NCBI GenBank assembly: GCA_046861655.1
Contig: JBHIAI010000003.1
Span: 1 to 52,285, forward strand
From: Fidelibacterota bacterium
GTDB lineage: Bacteria > Fidelibacterota > Marinisomatia > Marinisomatales > S15-B10
DNA length: 52,285 bases
Direction of reading: 5' to 3'
In this document: piece after piece, positions 20,104 through 29,239 of the stretch
How the letters are laid out: each line of letters begins with the position of its first letter
How positions within the stretch are numbered: the first letter of the stretch is position 1
The notes under the pieces: model-generated
What the model was told of the DNA's origin: nothing
Databases searched by the model: none
Seen by the model: the letters and a program-made list of their open reading frames with translations, nothing else
Position numbers and translations under genes: made by a program

Positions 20104-21174
20104 TCACCTTTCCCTGATCTGAAAGCCTGAACTTGCAGTCCATCTGAATCCGTTTTCGCCCTCTCTTAAGAAGAGCAATGCCTCTACCCCATCGAGAGTT
20201 TCAACCAGCCGGAGACCCTGCTGTTGTCCCATGACCATCAGGGCCGTGGCCAGGGCATCGGCATCGGTACAGTGGGGGGCGACAACGGTGGCGGAGGCTA
20301 CCCCAGTCTGGGCAGGATACCCCGTGCGGGGATCGATCTCATGGGAGAAGACCTTTCCATCGATTTCAAAGAAATTTCTGTAATCTCCGGATGTGGCCAT
20401 GGCGGCATTGTCCAGTTCGTATGCCCAGGCGCCTCCGGAGGAGAAGAAAGGTGGACGTTCAATGGCAATGGCCCACGGCCTGCCGCGGGCGTTTTTTCCC
20501 ATGGCCCGGACTTCTCCTCCGATCTCTACCATCATGCGGCTAATGGACAGGGATCGCAGATAGCTGAACAGGGCATCCACCCCAAAGCCCTTGGCAATGG
20601 CGTTGAGATCGAGCATGAGGAGCGGGTCCTTTTTTGTCAGGACACCCTCTTGAACCTTCAGCTTCCCGTGTCCGACGTGGGAGAGCCGTCCCGTGATCTC
20701 CTGTGCGCTGGGGAAAGAATAGGAGAATGATGACCTTTCCTGACCCGGGCCAAATCCCCATAGAAAAAGAAGGGGGAACACTGTAATATCGAAGGCACCG
20801 TCTGTCTCCTGGGACCAGTGAAGGGCCCTCGAAACCACGAAAGCAAACTCTTTGGACACCGGGAAAGGGTCCCTCGATCGCCAATCGTTGAATGTGGAAA
20901 TCTCGCTGTCTCGAAGGTACGTTGACATCTGACCATTGACCCGGTCCAGAACCGAATCGATACCGGCCTGGAGGACATCGACCCCCAGGGCTAACTTGGT
21001 TGAGGGGCGACACGTGATGCGGTAGGTGGTTCCCATCGTTCTACCGGTCAAGGTGAGGAAGTAGGGATCTTCCCCACAGGAGGAGAAAAAAATTGAAAGC
21101 AGGGACAAAACAGCCAGGTGGCGGAAGAAAAGCCTCCTGGTGAGTGGTGCAGGTAACGGAAAATTCATGCTCAC
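20104..21174 (-). CDS. apbE: FAD:protein FMN transferase ApbE (lipoprotein)
   Basis: [83 protein letters not shown] signal. Confidence 0.95.
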   Translation of the reverse strand: MSMNFPLPAPLTRRLFFRHLAVLSLLSIFFSSCGEDPYFLTLTGRTMGTTYRITCRPSTKLALGVDVLQAGIDSVLDRVNGQMSTYLRDSEISTFNDWRSRDPFPVSKEFAFVVSRALHWSQETDGAFDITVFPLLFLWGFGPGQERSSFSYSFPSAQEITGRLSHVGHGKLKVQEGVLTKKDPLLMLDLNAIAKGFGVDALFSYLRSLSISRMMVEIGGEVRAMGKNARGRPWAIAIERPPFFSSGGAWAYELDNAAMATSGDYRNFFEIDGKVFSHEIDPRTGYPAQTGVASATVVAPHCTDADALATALMVMGQQQGLRLVETLDGVEALLFLREGENGFRWTASSGFQIRER

Positions 21175-21195
21175 GATACAAACCTGTCAGAAGCT

Positions 21196-22149
21196 ATGAA
21201 AAAACTACCCAGAAGGGAATTCCTAAAAACCTCGGTCAAGCTTGCCGGGGGGATAGCTCTCTGGGAATTCTCGGGGTCCCCATATCGGAGGTATTCCGGT
21301 CCAATGCCGTTCAAGATATCTTTGGCCGAATGGTCCTTACACCGATCGCTACGATCCGGTCAGATCGACCACCTTGATTTCGCCCCTATTGCCAGAGGCC
21401 GGTTTGGTATTGACGCCGTGGAATACGTGAACACGTTTTTCTTCGACAAAGCGCGGGACATGAGTTATCTGACGAGGATGAAGCGCCGGGCACAGCACGA
21501 GGGTGTAAGGAGTCTGCTGATCATGTGTGACAGAGAGGGAAATCTGGGAGATCCTGACCGGTCTGCCCGTCAGAAGGCGGTGGAGAACCACACCAAATGG
21601 GTAGAGGCGGCCCGTTTTCTCGGTTGCCATTCCATACGGGTGAATGCCCGGAGCGATGGGACCTACGAGGAGCAAATGAACCTGGTCGTGGATGGACTCA
21701 GGAGATTGACAGAATTCGGCGCGCGCAACGGCCTCAACATCCTGGTGGAAAACCACGGGGGACTCTCCAGCAACGGCCGTTGGCTGTCGGAGGTCATCAG
21801 AAGGGTGGATCACCCACGCTGTGGGACGTTACCCGATTTCGGAAATTTCCGGATCGATGATGACCGATGGTACGACCGGTACCAGGGAGTCGGAGAGCTG
21901 ATGCCCTACGCCAGGGCGGTAAGCGCCAAGAGTCATGATTTCGATGCGGAGGGAAACGAGATTCATACCGATTACACCCGGATGATGGGAATCGTTCTCG
22001 ATGCCGGGTATGACGGCTATGTGGGCATCGAGTACGAGGGAGACGGGTTGAGTGAGGGTGAGGGGATTCTGGCCACGAAGAAACTTTTGGAGAAAGTGGG
22101 AAGAGCCTACGCCAGGAATCGGAACGAAACCCGTCAAAGTCGGGGCTAG
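21196..22149 (+). CDS. Tat-exported sugar phosphate isomerase/epimerase family TIM-barrel protein (AP_endonuc_2)
   Basis: PRREFLK Tat motif; [53 protein letters not shown]. Confidence 0.88.
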   Translation: MKKLPRREFLKTSVKLAGGIALWEFSGSPYRRYSGPMPFKISLAEWSLHRSLRSGQIDHLDFAPIARGRFGIDAVEYVNTFFFDKARDMSYLTRMKRRAQHEGVRSLLIMCDREGNLGDPDRSARQKAVENHTKWVEAARFLGCHSIRVNARSDGTYEEQMNLVVDGLRRLTEFGARNGLNILVENHGGLSSNGRWLSEVIRRVDHPRCGTLPDFGNFRIDDDRWYDRYQGVGELMPYARAVSAKSHDFDAEGNEIHTDYTRMMGIVLDAGYDGYVGIEYEGDGLSEGEGILATKKLLEKVGRAYARNRNETRQSRG

Positions 22150-22164
22150 GAAGAGGGAGCGGGC

Positions 22165-23463
22165 ATTCTCATAGGACGTCAAAGCCTTTCATTGTTAGCG
22201 TGCCTTGCTTTCATTGCCTGCGGGCGACCTGAGCCAGGAAGAGGGGGCTACACGATTACGTTTTGGTCTTCCAACAACCCCCATGAGGTTGCCCACGCCA
22301 GGGAAATTGTGGACGCATGGAACGAACGGTACCCGGAATGGAAAGTCAGGCATCAGCCTATCCCGGAAGGAAGATCCAGTGAAGAGGTAGTGCTGGCGGC
22401 GATCGTCGGCGGAACCACGCCTGATATCTACTCAAATCTGTGGCCAGGAGCGGTTCCCCAGTATGTGGGGGCCGATGTGTTAGTCAGGCTCGACACCTTT
22501 CCTGATTTCCACAAAGTCTACTCGGAGAGAATTCCAGAAACGAATTATGGTCAATTTCAATCCAGGGACGGTGCCTTTTACCAGATGCCCTGGAAGTCAA
22601 ACCCCATTGTGCTTTTCTACAATAGGCGCCTATTCGAGGAAGCTGAAGTCAGCCCACCCCTGAGGACCTATTCCGACTATTTTGAGGCAGCAAGGAGGTT
22701 GACCAGGGATACGAACGGCGATGGATACCTTGACCGCTGGATGATGGATATCGACGTCAATGTTGAATGGAGGCACCGCTTATTCGACTTCTATACCCTG
22801 TTTATCGCCGCTACGGGAGGGAAAACACTCATCGATTCAGAGGGCAAGATTGCCTTCGATGGCCGTGAAGGAGTGGCCGTGTTTGATTTTATCCGGCGGG
22901 GGTTTCAAGAGGGGTACTTTCCCAATGCATTCTTCCAGGGAGATGTGTTCGTGCAGGAAAAGGTGGCGACCCATATGGGGGGTCCATGGGCCCTTGCGCA
23001 GATCGAAAAGTTCAAACCCGAGGGTTTTGAGTACGGAGTGATGCCTGTTCCGGTCCCCGACAGCTATGCGGGAGACTCATTCACGTATGGGGACCCGAAG
23101 AACATCTGCATATTCTCATCAGCGGAGCGCCCCGCCATCGCCTGGGAATTCGTCAAATTCATGGTAAGCCGGGAAAACGACGTCCGGCTTCTGGAGCTTA
23201 CCCATCAATTGCCCATCAGGAAGGGGCTGTTGTCGGATCCTGCGTTTAAGGAGTATTTTTCGCTACATCCTCAGTACAGGTTCTTCGCGGAAATGATTCC
23301 GAACACGGTTGGGCTCGACCAATCGATCTACCTGCTGGAAATACTGGATATCATTTCCCAAGAATTCGATGCTGCCTGCCTCCATCAGATTAGGTCCAGC
23401 CAGGAAGCTCTCCGACACGCCGCCCACAGGACCAGGGTCCTTCTGGAAAGGGAGGGCTCGTAG
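22165..23463 (+). CDS. Sugar ABC transporter substrate-binding lipoprotein
   Basis: LAFIAC lipobox, GGTTPDI, LFYNRRLF, GGPWAL, AWEFVKFM. Start uncertain (ATT 22165 behind GAGGGAG, or TTG 22192). Confidence 0.85.
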   Translation: MLIGRQSLSLLACLAFIACGRPEPGRGGYTITFWSSNNPHEVAHAREIVDAWNERYPEWKVRHQPIPEGRSSEEVVLAAIVGGTTPDIYSNLWPGAVPQYVGADVLVRLDTFPDFHKVYSERIPETNYGQFQSRDGAFYQMPWKSNPIVLFYNRRLFEEAEVSPPLRTYSDYFEAARRLTRDTNGDGYLDRWMMDIDVNVEWRHRLFDFYTLFIAATGGKTLIDSEGKIAFDGREGVAVFDFIRRGFQEGYFPNAFFQGDVFVQEKVATHMGGPWALAQIEKFKPEGFEYGVMPVPVPDSYAGDSFTYGDPKNICIFSSAERPAIAWEFVKFMVSRENDVRLLELTHQLPIRKGLLSDPAFKEYFSLHPQYRFFAEMIPNTVGLDQSIYLLEILDIISQEFDAACLHQIRSSQEALRHAAHRTRVLLEREGS

Positions 23464-24321
23464 TTGGATCATCCGTCCAGAACGGGGTGGGCATTTTCCT
23501 CTCCTTATGTTCTGTTTTTCCTTGTGTTTTCTGTCTATCCGATTCTTTTCTCATTCACCCTGGTCTTTCACCGGTGGAACATTATCAGCCCCATGCATTT
23601 CATCGGTGCCGAGAATATTCGTTACCTGGTTCATGATCCCCTCTTTTTCAAGTCCCTTGGAAATACCTTTTGGTTTCTAGCCATTCACATCCCCCTGCAG
23701 GTTGCCATATCGTTGATACTTGCCAACGCATTGAACGAAAGAATTCGAGGTGTTACCTTCTTCCGGGCTTCCTTCTTTCTGCCCGTAGTGATCTCAGGAG
23801 TGGTGGTGACTATCTTGTGGAAATACCTGTATTCCACCGAAACGGGTTTGATAAACGCTCTTCTGCTGAAACTTGGGGGACCCAAATTCCCGTGGCTGAC
23901 CAGCCCGACCTGGGCCATGCCGTCCATTGCCGTGATGGCCACGTGGAAAAACGTGGGACTGTACACGGTTTTGTTCCTTGCTGGTTTACAGGGGATCCCA
24001 AAACATCTGTATGAAGCGGCGGATCTTGACGGAGCATCAAAACTTCAACAGTTCCTCCATATTACCGTTCCCGTGTTGAATCCTATTGTGGTTCTGGTGG
24101 TCATTCTGTCCACGATCAACGGGTTCAACCTTTTTATTGAGCCCTATGTCATGACGGGGGGCGGGCCGGTCAACAGCACCTTATCGGTGGTTCTGTATAT
24201 CTACCGGCAGGCCTTCAGCTTTTACAAGATGGGATACGCGGCTACCGTGGGCTTTGCTCTGGCCCTCATGATGCTTGGCGTTACCCTTATTCAGAGGCGG
24301 GTTCTTGAGAGGGAGTGGTGA
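23464..24321 (+). CDS. Carbohydrate ABC transporter permease 1
   Basis: FRASFFLPVV, GLQGIPKHLYEAADLDGAS EAA loop, MTGGGP, MGYAATVG. Confidence 0.92.
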   Translation: MDHPSRTGWAFSSPYVLFFLVFSVYPILFSFTLVFHRWNIISPMHFIGAENIRYLVHDPLFFKSLGNTFWFLAIHIPLQVAISLILANALNERIRGVTFFRASFFLPVVISGVVVTILWKYLYSTETGLINALLLKLGGPKFPWLTSPTWAMPSIAVMATWKNVGLYTVLFLAGLQGIPKHLYEAADLDGASKLQQFLHITVPVLNPIVVLVVILSTINGFNLFIEPYVMTGGGPVNSTLSVVLYIYRQAFSFYKMGYAATVGFALALMMLGVTLIQRRVLEREW

Positions 24322-25146
24322 ATGTCCCGGGGACGATTAAGCCAGCTGATCCGCTATACTCTCCTGGTCCTAGGCGCCCTCTCCTTCCTGTATCCGTTCA
24401 TCTGGATGGCCTTTTCCACAGTGAAACCGGAAGGCGAGATTACGAACCTGTCCCTATGGCCGTCGCAGTTCACCGCGGATAGCTACCGGGCCGTATTCGA
24501 AAAGATTCCCATCCTGAGGGCGTTCCTCAACAGCCTTCTTGTTTCGTCGGCCATAACGGCATCGGTACTGGTATTCACCTCCATGGTCGGGTACGCTCTG
24601 GCGTACCTGGACTTCAAAGGGGGCCGGATCCTTCTCCTTCTGATTCTGTTTACCATGATGATCCCGTTTCAGATTACCCTGATCCCAACCTACATCCTGA
24701 TTGTCAAGTTTGGCTGGACCGACTCCTACGTAGGGCTCATTGCCCCCTTCATGGTTAGCGGGTTGGGAATTTTCCTGTTCCGGCAGTATTTTCAGTCCAT
24801 CCCCAAAGAATTAATCAACGCGGCCCGGATGGACGGTGCCGGTGAAGCCGCTATCCTCTTTCGCGTTGTGTGGCCCAACGCACTTCCCGCCATTGTTACG
24901 GTGGGAATCCTCACCTTTCTAACCTCCTGGAACGAGGTCCTGTGGCCCCTGATCGTGGTCCGGGAACAATCAGTCATGACCATGCCGCAGATGGTGGCGC
25001 TGTTTGCGATAGGTGGAGCCGCAGAACACCAGCAAGGTGTCATTCTTGCATCCGCCATGCTACTGGCGAGCCCCGTCACCCTGGTGTATGTATACTTCCA
25101 GAGGTATTTTATTGAAAGCATGGCCACGTCTGGATTGAAAGGATAG
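24322..25146 (+). CDS. Carbohydrate ABC transporter permease 2
   Basis: NSLLVS, MMIPFQITLIP, FLFRQYFQSIPKELINAARMDGA, WNEVLWPL, FQRYFIES..SGLKG. Confidence 0.92.
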   Translation: MSRGRLSQLIRYTLLVLGALSFLYPFIWMAFSTVKPEGEITNLSLWPSQFTADSYRAVFEKIPILRAFLNSLLVSSAITASVLVFTSMVGYALAYLDFKGGRILLLLILFTMMIPFQITLIPTYILIVKFGWTDSYVGLIAPFMVSGLGIFLFRQYFQSIPKELINAARMDGAGEAAILFRVVWPNALPAIVTVGILTFLTSWNEVLWPLIVVREQSVMTMPQMVALFAIGGAAEHQQGVILASAMLLASPVTLVYVYFQRYFIESMATSGLKG

Positions 25147-26070
25147 GTGACACTCCTAAGAATGAAACTGACACGCCTTGCCAAAGAGCCCATACTGAAG
25201 CCGCTGGATCATCACAGATGGGAAAAGGGAGCGGTGTTCAACCCAGGAGCCGTCTTTCATAACGGGTCGTTCCACCTGATTTATCGGGCCACGGACATGG
25301 GTCCCCACGAACGATTCGGTCCCTACACGAACAGTCTAGGCTATGCCGTCAGCATGGATCTGGTCAACTGGGAGCGTTCGGACAACCCCATCCTGGAACC
25401 CAGGGCCCCCCAGGAGGCAAGGGGGCCGGAAGACCCGCGCATCGTGGAGTTGGACGGATTGTTCTACATGGTGTACTGTGGATTTGGGGGCCGTTTCGAC
25501 GGGGATTATCGACTCTCTATGGCCACATCCGAGGATCTTGTGCACTGGGAGAGGCGGGGCGTCATGTTGGACGAGGAGAACAAGAACGGGGCCCTGTTCC
25601 CCGAAAGGATTGACGGGAGGTACTGCCTCCTCCACCGTCGGCATCCGGACATTTGGTTGTGTTTTTCCGACGACCTGAAGACGTGGGAACATCACAGGAA
25701 AATCATGTCACCTCAACCGGGAACGTGGAATCACAAGAAAATTGGGATCGCGGGCCCCCCCATAAAGCTAGAAGGACGGTGGCTTCTTCTGTTTCACGGC
25801 GTAGATTCGCAATGGACCTACCGGCTGGGCGCTGCCCTGCTGGATTATGAGGATCCTGGTCGAGTGGTGGCCAGGCAGGCGGAGCCGATCCTGGAACCAG
25901 AACTCGAATGGGAGAGGAACGGGTTTGTTCCCCAGGTCGTTTTCTCCTGTGGCACCGTCAGGAAGGATGACCGGATCTATTGTTTCTACGGGGGTGCCGA
26001 TACGGTCATCGGTGTGGCCTGTGTCGACAGCCAGGAGGTAACTTTTGACGACGAAAGCTGGCTAGTCTAA
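25147..26070 (+). CDS. GH130 glycoside phosphorylase (beta-mannoside phosphorylase-like)
   Basis: AVFNPGA, LIYRA, GPEDPRI, NKNGALFPERIDGRY..HR, YRLGAALLD, VVFSCG, YGGADT; no signal peptide. Start GTG 25147 or ATG 25162. Confidence 0.88.
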   Translation: MTLLRMKLTRLAKEPILKPLDHHRWEKGAVFNPGAVFHNGSFHLIYRATDMGPHERFGPYTNSLGYAVSMDLVNWERSDNPILEPRAPQEARGPEDPRIVELDGLFYMVYCGFGGRFDGDYRLSMATSEDLVHWERRGVMLDEENKNGALFPERIDGRYCLLHRRHPDIWLCFSDDLKTWEHHRKIMSPQPGTWNHKKIGIAGPPIKLEGRWLLLFHGVDSQWTYRLGAALLDYEDPGRVVARQAEPILEPELEWERNGFVPQVVFSCGTVRKDDRIYCFYGGADTVIGVACVDSQEVTFDDESWLV

Positions 26071-26071
26071 C

Positions 26072-27283
26072 TTGCACCCTTTGATCTTTCTTGTCCTTTT
26101 CCCCTTCCCGGGTCTGTCTGACGGACCTCCTGTCTCACCGGTGAATCTGTCTCATGCCCTGTCCCTGGTTGACAGCATGGAAGTCGCGGGTGAGAAGATT
26201 ACCTTCATGTGGGTCTATTCCCCGTTTCCAGACTATGAGCCCACGGAGGCACCGGGAGAGGGAATCGCCTGTGTGGACGATGTGGGTCGATTTATGGAGG
26301 TTTTGGAGAAGGAGATTCTGACCTATGACCGCAAGGAACTCCTCCCCATTGCCAGGGGAATGACGCGGTTCCTGCTCTATCTTAGCAGAGAGGATGGGTT
26401 GTGGCACAACTTTCTCCTGGCGGATGGACGCATCAACAGGTCCCATCCGAACAGTGTGGCAGAGTTTGGATGGTGGGCCATTCGAGGATTGAGAGGACTG
26501 GCGGCGGCCTATGCGATCTTCTCCCCCAGGCCCGCAGACAGGGATCTCATACATCGGGTTGAAGCCCGAATCAAGGCCGCCGAGGTTCACATCGGGCATT
26601 CCGTGGAACGTTACCCGTTACTGGAAGAGACCACACTGGGAATGCGCCCGGCATGGCTGGTGAAGAACGCGCCCGATATGAATAGTGAATTACTGATACC
26701 GCTCACAAAACTTCACCGTACGGGCCGATTCGACTATTATGGAATCATTAAGAAGATATCGGAAGGACTGATGGGCTATCAATACACCGCACCGGGGCAT
26801 CCCCTGAACGGGATGTATCTCTGTTTTGATAACATCTGGCATAATTGGGGAAACGGCCAGGCGTATGGCCTTCTTGAAGCATTCCAGGTCACCCAGGATT
26901 CTGCTCTCCTTGCAAGCGTTGAACGGTGGGCAGATTCTTTCGTCCCTTTCTTGCTTGAGAGTAACTATCCCCGTAGAATCGTGATGAGGGGAAACCAGAC
27001 GTATACGGCGAGATCCGTTCCTCAGATAGCCTATGGGTTCTCGTCCATCTACCGGGGGCTCAGGTCCCTGGCCGACATCACAGGGGAAAAGACCTATGTT
27101 GAACGTTCAGATAAGGTATTCCAGTGGTTCAAAGGGGCTAATATTGCGCGTACTCAGATGTACCAGCCTGAAACCGGGGTGTGCTTTGATGGTATCGATG
27201 GGCCGAAATCAGTGAACAGGAATTCCGGAGCGGAGTCAACCATAGAATGTTTACTGACCATCGGGATGAGAGGATTGTTCTGA
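26072..27283 (+). CDS. Uncharacterised putative (alpha/alpha)-barrel glycosidase-like protein
   Basis: Hydrophobic N-terminus; GEGIACVDDVGR, WHNF, QWFKGAN, GVCFDG..VNRNSGAEST motifs. Confidence 0.55.
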   Translation: MHPLIFLVLFPFPGLSDGPPVSPVNLSHALSLVDSMEVAGEKITFMWVYSPFPDYEPTEAPGEGIACVDDVGRFMEVLEKEILTYDRKELLPIARGMTRFLLYLSREDGLWHNFLLADGRINRSHPNSVAEFGWWAIRGLRGLAAAYAIFSPRPADRDLIHRVEARIKAAEVHIGHSVERYPLLEETTLGMRPAWLVKNAPDMNSELLIPLTKLHRTGRFDYYGIIKKISEGLMGYQYTAPGHPLNGMYLCFDNIWHNWGNGQAYGLLEAFQVTQDSALLASVERWADSFVPFLLESNYPRRIVMRGNQTYTARSVPQIAYGFSSIYRGLRSLADITGEKTYVERSDKVFQWFKGANIARTQMYQPETGVCFDGIDGPKSVNRNSGAESTIECLLTIGMRGLF

Positions 27284-27360
27284 TCCGTTGTTTTCCTGGA
27301 CACGCAGGGTGTTTTCTCCCTAACTTTTTTGCCGTAAGGACGAAAAAGGAGCCGGGAGGC

Positions 27361-29211
27361 ATGACAGGATCCTTTCGAAAACTGTTGTATATTGTAGGCG
27401 GAGTCATACTTGTGGGCTCTGCCATCGTCAAGTGGGTGAGTATCACCCCACGATTGGAAGGGTCCAGTATACGATTTGTGGATCACAGGGAGCAGGCGGG
27501 AATAGATTTCACCCATTTCGCAGAGCGGCCCCGGTGGTGCGAGATCGGACCCACGGTGAGAGGCACGGCTACCAATGAAGGGCTAAAACTGGTTTTCCGT
27601 GAAGAGAAGGAGTTCTGGAAATCGAGAGGCAGGCTTCTGACCCTGGAAGAGTTTGCCCACGTTCACCTGATTAAGATGAACGGTTCGGGAGGTGCCTGGC
27701 TGGACTACGACCGGGACGGAGACTGGGACCTTTACCTGGTGAACTGTCAGGGGGGTGGGGAAGTGACCAACGCCCTTTATGAAAACAGGGGAAATGGCAC
27801 GTTCTCACGCCGGACTTCCGACTGTGGGGTTCTCGACCCAGGGGAAGGGATGGCCGTCTCTGTTGCAGACTACAATAACGACGCGTATCCCGATCTTTTT
27901 GTCACCAACTACGGTGATTTCCTCCTCTACCGGAACGACAGAGACAACACGTTCACGGACGTGACAGATGAAGCCTTTCCTGAAGGAGTCAAAGATCGGT
28001 GGTATGGTGGATCTTGCTGGGGAGATTATGATCGAGACGGGAATCTTGATCTGTACGTACTGGGTTATGTGGACTTTTCCCATCGGCCCCGGAACACGAG
28101 CCTCCGATTCCCCATGGACTTTGGGGGCGTTCCGAACACTCTGTACCGGAGCAACGGGGATGGAACGTTCACCGATGTAACCGATCTGGCGGGGTTGGTG
28201 GACGCCGCCCGCAAGTCTATGCAGTGTACTTTCAACGACTTCAACGGCGACGGCTGGCCCGACCTGTTCGTGACAAACGATACGGATGCCAACGGCCTTT
28301 ACCTCAATAGAAAAGATGGAACATTCAAAGCGTTCTCGGGGCCCAGCGGTCTGAGTACCACCGACGGGAGCATGGGAGTGGCTGTGGGCGACTTCAATGG
28401 CGACGGCAAGGTTGACCTTATCTACACCAATTATGCGGCCGAAGTGAATGTTCTGGCCCAGTTGGAAGACAACGAGAGCTCAAACGACGGGGAGGTCAGA
28501 AACGCCATTTTTGTTCACCAATTCGATTCTCCCATGGTCCATAAGCTGAGTTGGCCTGCCGTGAGTTGGGGAACAGGACTTTTCGATCTGGACAACGATG
28601 GAGACTTAGACCTTTTCTTCGCCAACGGACATCTGAACTCGGTCAGCGGGGACAACCGCATGTTGAACCTTCTTTTTGAGAACGATGGCCATGGACGATT
28701 CTTTGACATTTCTGAACCCTCCGGGATATGGGACACGGGAAAGCGAATCTACCGTTCCGCCCTTTTTGCCGACTATGACAATGACGGAAGAGTGGATATC
28801 TATGTGACCAACAACGGCCAGCAGATTGAGGACGGGAAGGGAAACGTCATGGACCACCCGGATCGAGGTATCGGTGTGTTGTACAGAAACGTTTCAAAGG
28901 CCCGTAACAACTGGCTCAAAGTGAGACTTGAAGGAGAACAGTCCAACCGGGATGCGTACGGGTCCACAGTAGAGGTGACGGCGGGGGATCTCGTTCAGAG
29001 TCAACCTTTGATCTCCGGATCCGGCTACTTTTCCAGCAACGCCAAGGAACTGTACTTCGGCCTGGGCAGAAGAAGACAGGTGGATCGAATCAAGGTCATA
29101 TGGCCCAGCGGCCACATTCAAACCTTCGAGAATATCCGGCCCAATCAGACGGTATACATTGTTGAGGGGAAAAATCTTGGAGAGAACACACTTGTCCCAG
29201 CCGGGACTTAA
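27361..29211 (+). CDS. FG-GAP/VCBS repeat + ASPIC/UnbV (CRTAC1-like) protein
   Basis: ATG after GGAGG; N-terminal hydrophobic helix; repeated DYDRDGDWDLY/DFNGDGWPDL motifs; C-terminal NWLKVRLEG..SNRDAYG..GSGYFS..LYFGLG..IWPSG. Confidence 0.88.
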   Translation: MTGSFRKLLYIVGGVILVGSAIVKWVSITPRLEGSSIRFVDHREQAGIDFTHFAERPRWCEIGPTVRGTATNEGLKLVFREEKEFWKSRGRLLTLEEFAHVHLIKMNGSGGAWLDYDRDGDWDLYLVNCQGGGEVTNALYENRGNGTFSRRTSDCGVLDPGEGMAVSVADYNNDAYPDLFVTNYGDFLLYRNDRDNTFTDVTDEAFPEGVKDRWYGGSCWGDYDRDGNLDLYVLGYVDFSHRPRNTSLRFPMDFGGVPNTLYRSNGDGTFTDVTDLAGLVDAARKSMQCTFNDFNGDGWPDLFVTNDTDANGLYLNRKDGTFKAFSGPSGLSTTDGSMGVAVGDFNGDGKVDLIYTNYAAEVNVLAQLEDNESSNDGEVRNAIFVHQFDSPMVHKLSWPAVSWGTGLFDLDNDGDLDLFFANGHLNSVSGDNRMLNLLFENDGHGRFFDISEPSGIWDTGKRIYRSALFADYDNDGRVDIYVTNNGQQIEDGKGNVMDHPDRGIGVLYRNVSKARNNWLKVRLEGEQSNRDAYGSTVEVTAGDLVQSQPLISGSGYFSSNAKELYFGLGRRRQVDRIKVIWPSGHIQTFENIRPNQTVYIVEGKNLGENTLVPAGT

Positions 29212-29239
29212 GCTATTACATGAGCGATAAGGCAAAGCC

